From the NCBI GenBank assembly GCA_046563655.1, contig CM102289.1, forward strand, positions 9,672,001 through 9,736,000: a stretch of 64,000 bases of DNA, read 5' to 3'. A program made the translations under genes and the position numbers. The DNA comes from Yuukianura sp. NJ FZ-2021 (taxonomy: Eukaryota). Below are positions 37,101-49,100 of this stretch, in pieces (within the stretch, counting starts at the first letter, position 1; the number at the start of each line of letters is the position of its first letter). Below the pieces are notes generated by a model. That model searched no databases. It worked only from the letters and a program-made list of their open reading frames with translations, and had not been told where the DNA came from.

Positions 37101-40100
37101 AAACGGAAATCTAACCCTAAAAAGTGACCAAAATGAGTTGCTTACTTTTCTTGCTTACAACTTTTTGCTTCTTATGCATAAGTTTTAGTTCGGTATTTTT
37201 TTAATGACAGAGATTTTTTAATTTTAAAGGAGGAGATTGGATTTAGAAAATTCAAAATTGGTGTTTCCTTGTTAAAAAGTAGAAAGTTGATGAAAGCTGT
37301 TGGAAGAAAGCGGATGAAGTAATGATGTGATTTTGGAATGGAAAGTTGGTGACGCGGAAAAGTTCGGAAACAGTTTTTTTTGTATAATTATCATAGAAAA
37401 AAATCAATAATTGTTAAAAGCGTCACTTTTACTTTTTGAAACTGTCAAAAAATAGCGTAAAAGTAAATGAATAAATTCTGGATTTTCGGTTTGACTAGAA
37501 AATGTGGTATCTTTTTTTGAAATTTGAGAGACAAGAGAGATTGAGAAAGTTGAGGAAATGGGCGAAGGTTCAATGAAGCACAAAGACATGAAATGTGGAG
37601 TCTGTTTCCGTTGAAATTATACCGGAGCCAGTTCAATCCCCACAGCCAGCAAAACTTTTTTTCCAAAGTCAGTTCAACTTCCAATAGGTTTCTGTTCTCT
37701 TTCAAATCAACTCCAAAGGAACAAGTCAAAAAGAATGTTCCAGGATTTTTAGAAACACATGCATTTCTGAATGTAAACTTTAAAAAAGGTGTCAAACTAT
37801 GTGTGATTCCTTGTCATTTTTACGTCTCTAAAGTTTTAAACTGAAAGTTTCGAGTGTGAGAAAACATGAACTTTTTTTGAAAGATTGTTTCACTTTTCAA
37901 TGAAGTTGAACCTCGTTCATCATTTCTCTATCGTACATGCACACTTCAATCACTTTTGCACAGATTTCACGTACTACTAGACAGCAAAACCTGAAATTTT
38001 GAAATTTTTGAAAATTTTGTTCATTCCATGTTGTAAGTTTTGGTTTGTTAGAGAAAGAGAAAAATTGATCAAACAAAATTGCAAAACTACAACAAAATTC
38101 TATTTCTGCACAAAAAACTAAAAAGGACTTCTTTTTTTAGTCGAAAGCAATCCTGCTGCAGAAAAAATTCTGAAAAAAGTTTTTCTTGGAGAAACAACGA
38201 AAATGAAGAGATTTTGTGTTTCGGAGGTCTTAATTCCGCTCCATACTTTCTTCGTAATTTTTTCTCCGCTACGTTTAAGTTAAGCTTTAGTTAAAAAAAA
38301 AGCTTGGCATCTTTTTGTGGTGGTGGTGTTAGTGACTTTCTGAACGAAACTTTTTTTAGTGTTTGAAAAAGAGCGGGTTTCTCGGTTTTTGTCTTGAAGC
38401 CTCTCCTTATTATGAAGATGGATGACTTTTTTTGAGCCTCCCAAAATTTCTTAAAAGAAACCAACCTTGTTTCTTCTTTTTTAGAAAAAAAAGATGCTGA
38501 AAAGTGAGGAAAAATCTTTTAAATTATGCGTAAACGGCTCAGGATGAAGACAAAATTTAAACGCAGCAGAAAAAAAACAAATTCAATTAAATTTTCAGAA
38601 AACCCGCCTTCAGAATTTGAAAAATCTAGAGATAGAAGACCTTCTTAAAATCTACAATGTGTCAAAAATTATGTTTTTTTTTGGTCTTGCTAATGACTTC
38701 AATGATAAAGTTGCTCAAACTTTTTTCTCAAAAGTAGAAGTTTCTTTTGAAAGTTGTGAGTGTGGTGAAAGTTGGAGAGGAGTGGATAGTGTTCGTAATT
38801 ATCGGTGAGGGAAATCGATAAGTCTCGAGAGCCTCCTTTCCTAACTTTCACTTTCACCTCCGAGTTGTGTCAATCAGAAGGTGGGAACTGAACCGCCACT
38901 GATTACTCCAGCCACTTTCACCACTCGTTACGCTTCTCAATCCACACCTTAGGTTAACGTTAGGCTAAGGTTAGGTTAACGTTAGGCTAACCTCCAGCAA
39001 GGGAGATGAAGGACGTGATTCAAAGAAAACACACGTCTTCAGAATCTTAATAGTTTGAACCACGGTTATGGAGGAGGTGATTTTTTTAAGTTAGGGAATG
39101 CTTAGGCAGTCCTCTTCAATTCATTCCACTTTCACTCTTTTGTCACTTTCACCACCCAAACAATTTGAAGACCAAATGAGACGGAAACAGGATTTTCAAG
39201 AAAAAAAAATTTGAACGCGACAACTCCATTTTTCAAAAACTTCCAAAATTAAGTTACCTGCAACAGTTATATTTTTCAATTCCTGGAGCTTTTTTAAAAC
39301 ATAATTCTGAAATTACTGATTACTTTCTGTTTTTCCTAATTTTTTTTTCTTTTCTTGTAACTTCGAAAAAGTTGTTTTACTTTAGTCGCAACTTTCTGTC
39401 TTGCTTTTTTTTTGGAGAAAGTAAAGTTGTGTTTGGCACTTTTAGTTTCTTTTGGCTCCGTATATTTGCAAATTGTCGTTCCCCTCTGCCCAATAAGTTG
39501 ATACATAAAAGTAACTCTTTTGTAGACTTTTCTGAACTTTGGAATAACTACTCCTCTCCCTCTGTACTTTCCGTCTGTAACAACGTAATTAAATCTTGCG
39601 TTAAGTCTGCCTTATGACCAAATAAACTATGTAAATGTTCAAACTTTTCCATTTCTACTCCTCCTCCTCCGCTAAAAAGAAGTTTGTGTGGAGCTAGTTA
39701 AGAAAGTTGTGAAAGTCCTGTAACACACCTCACCCCCACCGGAAGAGCAGTTCGTAATGGGCGGAAGGGGAAAGTGGAGCAGTTCACAATCTGGCCCATG
39801 TGGATCGTTTTACTTTTTCATTTTCAAAAAAAGTGGCGCGTTTTCCCACCACTGAACAAATTTGATTTCAATTGAGATCAAACACACGAGCAGTGTGTGC
39901 CAGTTGCTAAATTAAGGGATCCAACGAACAGTGTACACCAGTCCCATCGAAAGAGAAACGAACAGTGTGGAACGATTACAACCAAAGACCAAACGGACAG
40001 TGTGTGTCGGTCGCCAGATGAACTAATAAAATGACAGTGTGTGCCGGTCAAGTAGCAAAATGAACAGTGTGTGCCGGTCGCCAAATGAAAAGGCGAAGCG

Positions 40101-43100
40101 AACAGTGTGTGCCGGCCACAACGAGAGACGAACCAAACTAAGAGTGAAAGCAGGAAGGAAGTTGACATGATGCTGGACCAACTTCCTGTTTTTCTTGTGA
40201 CCGAACCTTGTTTATTTTAGTTTACCGAGACTCCAGAAGATTAATGACATGAGAGGTCAGAGGTCAAGTCCTTGAGCAAAAAAAAAAGTTTTTCCAGTAG
40301 TGGAGCCAGGAACGTGATGAAAACTTTGAAAGTAGTGTTAAAGTTTGGATTAATACTATAGGTTGAGTTGATAGACTATGTTAGTCGTAGGCTAGAGTTT
40401 AAGTTAGTTTTGAAATTTGGCGGGAGAGAGTTTTAGCTTCCGGCTTAAAGACGAGGCACGTATGAATTATGTCGTCAAGTGGCCAAGTTCTCTCGACATG
40501 CGGTTGGACCAAGGGCTTTCCACAACCGCAAAACAGCCTTTACTTTCGGAGAAACTTTTGCGAAAGTGGGTTTTGGCAGGAGCTTTGAAAAGGCGGCAAA
40601 AGTTTTCTGAACTTAGTTAATGAGGAATAGAAAAGTAAGTTTTGGTTAACTGGAGCCAATTCAATTCTATTTTGAATTCTGCCCCTCTTTTCAACTCCTC
40701 TTTACACCGATTTTCAACCAAAAGCCATTCACAAAAAAAGAAAATTTAAACCGCAAAAACAGGTTACCGCAGATTTTGAAGTTTAAAGTTTCATAATCCT
40801 CTTGAAATTGTGTTTTGACGAACAAAAACGAGAAAAATGAGGTTTTTACTGTTATAAGACAAAGGCAAGTTTCGTTTTTATAACTTTCACCTAGAAACGC
40901 AAAATTTTCGCGCACTTTTTAAAAAAAGAGTAAAGGCATAGGCGTGTGGATCAGAGGCAGAGAACATCGTACTGTGAAATACATAAAAGACGCTCTCTTT
41001 TCTCTCATTTTTACCCGCTCTTTACTTTCTCACTTTTCCCGCTCTTTTTTTTGATGTTTGAGAGGCATAGGTTGGATTTTTGTGTGCGGAAGGAGGGCAG
41101 GGAGATAAGGAAGAGAAAGTATTTGGGAGAAAGGAGTCCACTGTAGCAGTGGAGCAAAATAATCGTTTTCCAGAGGATCCAAAAACTTCCTGGACGAACC
41201 TATGGAAGCACTTACAGTTACACTTTGGTTACATCATCCCAAAAAAGTGGTGTGTGTTTACGTATTGCAGAGTATTCCAACTTTTAGTGACTCTGCACTT
41301 ACAATAGGTTATTTCTATAGTCTGTCTAAAATAAAATAGTACCAAAGTCTTTAATGACTTTTCTCTCCTTTTACTCTCAGAGTGGTAGCACTTTTCTCGC
41401 TTGATGGCCCTTTATTTTTTCTATTACTTTTTCAGCTCAATAAAGAGAAAATAGAAACCATATTTCAACTAAACTAATGTCTTTCCATTACAAAATTTAG
41501 CATTCTCTTGAGGAAGGACGACGAAAAGTTTTAAAAGTTTCATGAAATCTGTGAAACAGAAGCTTCAAGACGGTAAACGCTTGAATTTGTATATTCTCAA
41601 CCTAAAAAAAATGAGCGAAAATTTTTCTGTTTCAAAAAACTTAATTAACGACTGACTTGACAATGTAGTGTGCAAAATTTCAAAATTACAATTTCAACTA
41701 TACTTTGCAAATTAGCGGAAAATGTCCAGTTGAGCGTATTTACATCTGTCAGAACCATAAGTAATGTTCATTATGAAAAAAAAAGTTGTCAATTTGGAAA
41801 TTTTAGCAACCGACGCAGACTGTCGACTGACACAAAATTTCTGGTAAAGCAGTAACAAGTTTATGCAATTTCATGTAATGATGTAACTTGTTTTCATGTA
41901 ATGATGTAACTTATTAGAACATTTCAGTTGAGTGACTCTGGTGTACGACTGTCTAATTAGTTTTTCTTTTCACGTAAAACTCAATTCCAATTTAAATTCA
42001 TTCTTCCGAAAAATTGTAGCTTTGAGTTCACAATTCCTCTTGATTTTGTGCTCGATGTAATACGAAATCTAATTTCAGGAGACTAAATTGACTTTCTCTT
42101 TTGTAAAAACTCTTTTGTACTTGCAATATTTTCAAAATGGGAAACTATTTCTACTGTGTGACTTTTTTGAAATTTGGAGCCAAGTAGGATTTGAGTTTTA
42201 GTTTTTTAGTCCCAGTAGACTGAGCGGATCAATAGGTGATTTGAAAAGATGCTTTCTCTGGGGAAAGGCTAAGGAGTAGAAAGTAGTTTTAGATTGACGT
42301 AATCTATATCTTGTGCCTCCTTGTAATGTACTTCCGCAGCACACTGAGCACTATAAAGTGAACCCAACTAAAATTTTTGTAAACTTTTTACTTTAAAAAG
42401 GAAATGTTATCTGGTCCACACGCTAAAAAGTAGTTTGTACCTTCTCGGGAAATATGGAATACCAATTTTTCATGACCGGAGAGTAAAAGCTAGGAGAAAG
42501 TTGTCAACCTGTCAAACTCACTTTTACTCATTTACAACTCCACTTTTTCATTTCTAGTCTCCTCCTTTTTAGAAAAAAAAAACTCAAAAATGTTTTTCTT
42601 GAAAAAAGAAGAAGCATATGGCGGCAGAAAAAGTTTTTGGAAAACTTACAGTCTAAAAGAAATTTGAAAATGATGAACGGAATCTAGCTTGTCTGGAAAG
42701 AAAATTCAAAAAATGTTGTCGGTGGAGATTGAAATTTTGAGTTTTCTGCCAATCTCCATGCGGAACTAAAAAGCTCATCCCACGTCCCAGGTGCCTTTTT
42801 CTTAATTTAAACTTTCTTATGAAAACTTTACTATGTTTTTTAAATTTGTACTTTACGAAAACTTTTTAGAACAGGATTTTTCGGATCCTGCTTTACTAAA
42901 TTTTAATCCTAAGCCTTTGAAATTGAAACTTTTCTAAAATTTGCTTATTCTTCCTCCTCCTGCTCCAATTAAAATCAGAAACGCCGACGGAAAATATTTC
43001 TAGGAATTGATTTTTTTGCGAACTTTTTGTCTGGAATGTTGGTGAAAGTAGAAAAAGTTTTGTTTTGAATTCGTAAAAAAGTAATGGAAAACCATAAAAG

Positions 43101-46100
43101 AGGAATCGATACTCATGTTATGTTTTTTTCTGCTAACAAGACAGGTTTTTCCAGAGATTTCGTTAAAGTAAAATATATGAGCACATCATTCGAAATGGTT
43201 TTGCATTTTATTCTTTTTTTCAAAATACGCTCCACATTTTTGTTTGTATTTAAATAAAAAAGTAAATCTAGCGAAAAATATTCTACGGCGTGTCACATTT
43301 TTCTATTCTTGGCAACTCAATTCTTTTGTTGCACATTTTAAAAACTTTCTTTTCATAAATTTCTCTTTTCTCTTTTTGTGAGTTGTCAGTTTCCATTTTC
43401 AGTTTTTGTGAGTGTCCGCGTACTCAGAATAAATAAAATTCTGTGTCATCTTCCTTTTGTGTTTGTCTCTGCATCGCCCACAGCTCGGATCGATTTCTAG
43501 TACCGAAAAGACCGAACTTTCACAGTGTCGGAGAAAGTTTTGTACCGAAAAGACCGAACTTTTTCAGTGTCGGAGAAAGTTTTGACCCGAACTGTGCCGG
43601 ATTTTGGAGAAAGTGGGGCCAAGTTGAGATGAAAAGCGAAGGTTATGTTGAAGTTGAGTCTGAAATAAGATTAAGTTGTGTGACAAAATATGAGTTAGGC
43701 GTAGGAGCCCTTAGTGAGACATGAACAGAAGACGGAATCCTCCTTTGTGCTAAAACTTTCATCGCAACCCCCCCCCCTGCACCCATCCCCATCCTGACCC
43801 CCCCCCCCCTTCCAAAAAGCTCCCTTTGTACTCTGCTCATGAAATCTTAAGTGAACTTTCTCCTTTATCATGTGCCGACAATGGCCCGCTGTTGCCCGCT
43901 ACTGCCCGCAACGGGCCAAAAGCGGACCATTACTGTCCAATTTGAAGGTAGGCCATTAGGAGTCTCCGTGTCTGCTTTAAGCAGAAGCCAAATTGGCATA
44001 AATAAGGAAGTTCAAGCGGACTGGAAATAGATTAGAACCTAATTCTCAGGAGAAACCTTAACCTAACCAATTCCAGGCTCTCTTTATGACCAAACATAAA
44101 AGTCATCATGAGGAACCCAAATTTTGAAAAAAACTATTATTCAAAACCATTAAGATACCAAAAGCGGTCGTAAGGAGAAAGCAAAAGACATTCTAATTAA
44201 ATCAATAAACTTTTTTTGATAGTTATTCACCCAAAAATTAAAAATCATTAGTCCTTGGAATTACAAAATTTTAGGAAAATTGAAGAATCAATGACACAAA
44301 TTTCGAAATTGACCTAAATTTGAAACTCAATATGACACAAATTTTGAAGTTGACGTAAATTTAAAAGCTTTTGTAGTATGGGGCTTTCTCTGATGTATTT
44401 TCTGCTCCAAAATTTGTAAAATTCTTGAAATTGAGAAAACTTTGGTATTTTTGTAAATTTTGAAAAAAGTTTGAGAGTTTGCACATGTATAAAAGTTCAA
44501 TTGACAGTGAGAGTACTATGCTTGTCGGTTGTCAGTGACGGACGGATGCTATTGAATAGGACAGGCGTTCCGTGTCGCCTCTTTTGCTCTCTTCAATCTT
44601 TGTTTCCTTTCAACCTTCACTTTTTTTAAAACAAAGTTTGTGTTTTTGTGCTTTTGGAATTGGCAACTCGACATAAAATGTTCCGAGTGAAGAGTTCTGT
44701 GGGTTTGATCCCGTTTCCACATCAATGTCACGTATAACAGGAGAAAGTTACGGAATTTGTCGTAGCCCATTGTCAAATTCACTGTCGTAGTCACTCAAAA
44801 TCATACAACGACCAAAATCATGTCGCAAATGAGCCGAAAACTCAAATTGCTCAATTTAAGTCAAGTCGTTCACAAGAAACAGGGGTCATAACACTGACAA
44901 ATTGACAAGTAAAAGCTCTAACTACGGTCATCATATCCAAAACCCCGCTAAAGTAAAAAAAATCCCGGTAAATTCAAAAATTCCCGCCGGATTAAAAACT
45001 CCGTCAAAATCAAAACTAAGAAAATCTTTGCTTAAGCTTGCAGCTCAAATTTTTCAAATTTTTCAGACTTGGCGTGAGTTTTTTTTTATAGGTGCGACTT
45101 TCTCTATTGTTCGAGTTTTCAAGAACATTCAACTGAAAAGCGCCAAATTTAATTCTGTGTGTAGAGTAAAAAGAGAAAAGTCGTTTTGGATTTGGCGGTC
45201 GTTTTGAAATGGACATTTGGAGACTTGAATTGAATGTGACATTTTCCCAAAATCTGAAATTGTGGAGCTGCCACGTGGAATTCCACTTCAAAAGGAATTT
45301 CATCTGAGATGATTCACAAAAGAGGAGACAAAAGAGCGGGAGAAAGTGCGTCTTAGGAATTCATGACAAATTCAACTCAAAACAAGGACGGAGGTTGAGG
45401 TTTGAGAAAGTTTAAGGTTGTTGTTGTTGTCATCTCCCAGGGAAATCTTGAATCTTGAAATGGATGGACAAGAGGTCCTTGGTTACTGGCCCATTAAACT
45501 TCCGGGGGCCCTTAGAAGAGGGGCCCTTGAAGGGGGGCAGAGGGGGGCCCTGCTCAAAGGACCCATCCACTTGAAAAATACGATAAGGAAAGGAAGAGGA
45601 TGGAATCAAATAAAAGCTAAGCCTTTCATCCACCTCATATCTCTACTTACAACTTTACCCGCCTTTTTCTTACTTCAGTCACAGGCTACCCGGTTTTTTT
45701 TTGTAATACCCGCTTTTTTTTATATTACCCGCCTTCCTTACCTTGGTTCGTAATTCTATCATCCATCTTTGGCAGAGAAGGAAGTCAGGAGTGATGTATC
45801 TCACAGTAACAACTTCAAATCACAATCACATTTAAAGTGTAGTGTCACATAACTTTCACTTTTGTCAAGGAGAGACTTTCACTTTGAACTTTTTTTTTGA
45901 AATTGTCAACTTTTTTTTCTTACATTTCAACATTTTGTCAACTTTTTTTCCATTTTGAAAGTGTCAACAATAAAGAGAGTGTTGACCCCCGTGGAATTCC
46001 GGAGAAGCAGAAGATGCTGCAGAGCGAAAGGCATTTTGCGGCAGTTTGAGGAAAAATCGATATTTTGTTTTGGTAGGCAGCGCTAAGGATGTTGCAAAAA

Positions 46101-49100
46101 TTCCAAGAGCTGCTGAAACTAAAAAGTATGCAAAAAAATTTGCACACGAGTTAATTCTTTGGCAGGATTGAAGCGTTACAGTATGAAATTAAAATGAAGG
46201 GCTTAAACTTTGAACAAAGTTTGAATAGCCCTTAAGGCTGAACGTTGAGAGCGAAATGTTTATTGGGATAAGAACCTTCATTTGGAAAAGTAAACAACGC
46301 CATGTAGTTAGAACTGTGTTTGCTCAAAGTGAAACCAAGGATATAGTTACTCCCTTCATCCCATTTCACCAAAGTGCTCATCCAAATGCTCAAGTGGAAA
46401 CTGAAACTCAAAAGCATTGGGTTTAAACTTACACAATTTAGAATCAAATTCAAAATTTCTTTAACTTCTGCAAAAATTAATCAATATCTGCCCCCAAAAC
46501 GCAACATTTAACAACTTTCAGATTAAAAATTTCGTTTTTCGGCGAAAGTTAGGCTTTTGTTTCTCTGTTTTTGGGAAAATCTAAAATTCAGAAAGAATTG
46601 ATCAAACAGAACAAACTAAAACTAGGCTATTATTTTAGCAATGTTTGTCTATTTTTCAATAAAACAAGGTTTCAGGATTCAATTTTACACAAAATGACTA
46701 TAATATTTTTGAAATACATGTTTAAATACTATGCTAAATATTTTGTTGTACAGAAGACTATGATTAAGCGTTAGAAGTTGGAGGAAGTAAGTTAAAAGTT
46801 GAGTTTGAAAAGTGAAAGTTTGGGAGTTTGTCCATCAATCATGTCGTGGGCGCATTTCCGCCTTTTCCCGCCCAACAAAGGTGAAGAGAAAGCCTCTCTG
46901 TTTAGAGCGGGAAATATGTCTCACTACTTTGCGTTTTAAGTTAAGGAAAGTCTAAAGGCTTTAATCGCCTTCTTATTATCACTCAAAACTTGTGACGGGA
47001 ATTGATGAGGCGAAGCAGTTACTTAAAGAAACTTCAAAAAACTTGACTTTTATGTGACACACTTTCTCCAAAAGACGAATGAAAACGGCCACTTCCGCCC
47101 CTTTTTAGGTTTTTCTAGCTTTTTTTTTTTAAAGTTTTAACTTTTAGACACTTTATTATGCGGCTTTAAACTTTATAAAAAAGTTTAAAGTCTGGTTTTT
47201 AAATTAACAACTTCAATTATTCTTTCATTTTTTTTTACTTTTGATAAAGAGTGAAACAAAACTTTTGAACATGGGTTTGAAATTTGTTTTTCCTAAGTAA
47301 TGAATTGCGGAATTAGGACAAGCACGAAATTAAAGGAAACTTTTAAAACTCAACTTTCACTTTGAGTGAGTGAGTGAAAGTTTTTACATTTTTTCCTGCC
47401 AAGTTTCTAATTACTTTGAAACTCGTTTTGGTGTTAAAGTAAAACGGAACCATGAAATATTCAGCTTCGAGGATTTAATCGGCTCAGACGGCGGGAAAAA
47501 TTAAAATTGCAGATTTGAATCTCAATGGCACAGTTGTCGCTTAATGAATTTAAAAAACGTTCCGGAAATACCAAGCTGTGAAACACTTATTCGCAGTTTT
47601 TAAGTTTTCTGAAATCCTGGATTCTTTGAAAATTTTATTTTCATTTCAAAGTTAATAAATCATCGTTTTTTGACTAAAAAATTGCAATAAATCTTGTAAC
47701 TTGAGTTTAATATCAACGCACTGCTGGTTCGTTTCACACAAAAAATGAAATGTGCTAAGCGTCAGCAGCATCAGTGCTTCCAAAAATTTTGTCATTGACC
47801 CCACCCATGTAAAATGTCACACCAAATTTTTTTTTGAAAGATGTGAAAACGCGTTGGATGAGGAGAAAGTCTTGTCTTGCTTAAAAATCAAAAGGAGATT
47901 TTTCTTTAAAAAGAGAGAATTTGAGTTTAGAGTTGTGCTGGGGGCAAAATGAAATGAAAAACGCGGGACAGTTTGAATTTATTGACTTTTCCTTTGTATT
48001 TTTAGCTTTGTCTGCCAACTCAGCAGAGGAAGATGAAGACTTTGACTTTTCAGCCTACAGTCCGCCTGGACCATTTTTCGACAAAGACTTTTCCAAAAAT
48101 GTGACCGCCCTCGTCGGCAAAACGGCGTCTCTCACTTGTCGTGTCAGGAATGCAGCAAATCGAACCGTAAATCCCTCTTTCTCCCGCCATAGTTACTCCC
48201 GCCATAGTTACTCCCGCCATTCCAAATTAATTTCTCCTTTTCAATTTCCAGATATCGTGGGTTCGACACAGGGACATCCACTTGCTCACAGTGGGACGTG
48301 ACACGTACACGAGTGACCAGAGATTCCAAGCTGTCCACAAGCCACACACAGATGAGTGGACACTACAAATTAGATATCCACAAGTAAGCTTTAACATGAA
48401 CTTAAAAACACAAAACTTACAATTTGGAAATAAGAGTTACAATTTTAAAATAATTGCAAACTCAGCCTTGCAAAAAAAAAGTGAAATGTAGAATTTCAGG
48501 GCTGAGAGAGAGCATTGAGAAGTTTTAAAAGTGTCAAACCGACTTTGGAGAACAATTTTCAAAAAAGTATTTTTTTTTTTTGAAAAGTAGGCAAATTCAA
48601 AAAGTTGGACTTTGCTGGTGGTGAGAGGTACTTAAGTACCTGTGGCCATTAGGAGGCCCTTACAATTCCATAATGAGATTGTAGTGCCAAGAATTACTAA
48701 GATCACAAGTCCATTGTATACATTTCCGCTTCCAAAAGTACCAAACGATACCACACATTACACAAAAATACTGCCACATTTTTTGGCAAAATTTCCAAAA
48801 AAAAACTAAAGAAAAATGTTCAAAAACTGTTTTTTAGCATCGAGATTCCGGCGTGTACGAGTGTCAAATTTCGACAACTCCTCCCATTGGGCATTTCGTC
48901 CACCTCGTCGTTGTCGGTAAGTATTAAATTCCAAAATTTCAAAATTTAGTGTGTCATGAGTTTCGAAAAGTCATACTCAAAGTATACTCAAAGTATTAAA
49001 TGTTGAAGACACTTGATTCCAATTAGGGAAAGTCTATTGAAGTTTGAGTTTAATTTGATCACTTCTAGGGAGATTTCAATTCATTAACTGGATCCAATTT

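Noticed and set aside
36799..37114. ORFs inside the foldback element as transposase
   Set aside because: Short, K/F-rich translations of A/T tracts with no DDE-like motifs.
39885..40125. CRISPR array; also the 96-aa minus-strand ORF 39878-40168
   Set aside because: Eukaryotic intron, no cas genes, degenerate repeats with short irregular spacers. The ORF's repeats do not keep frame.
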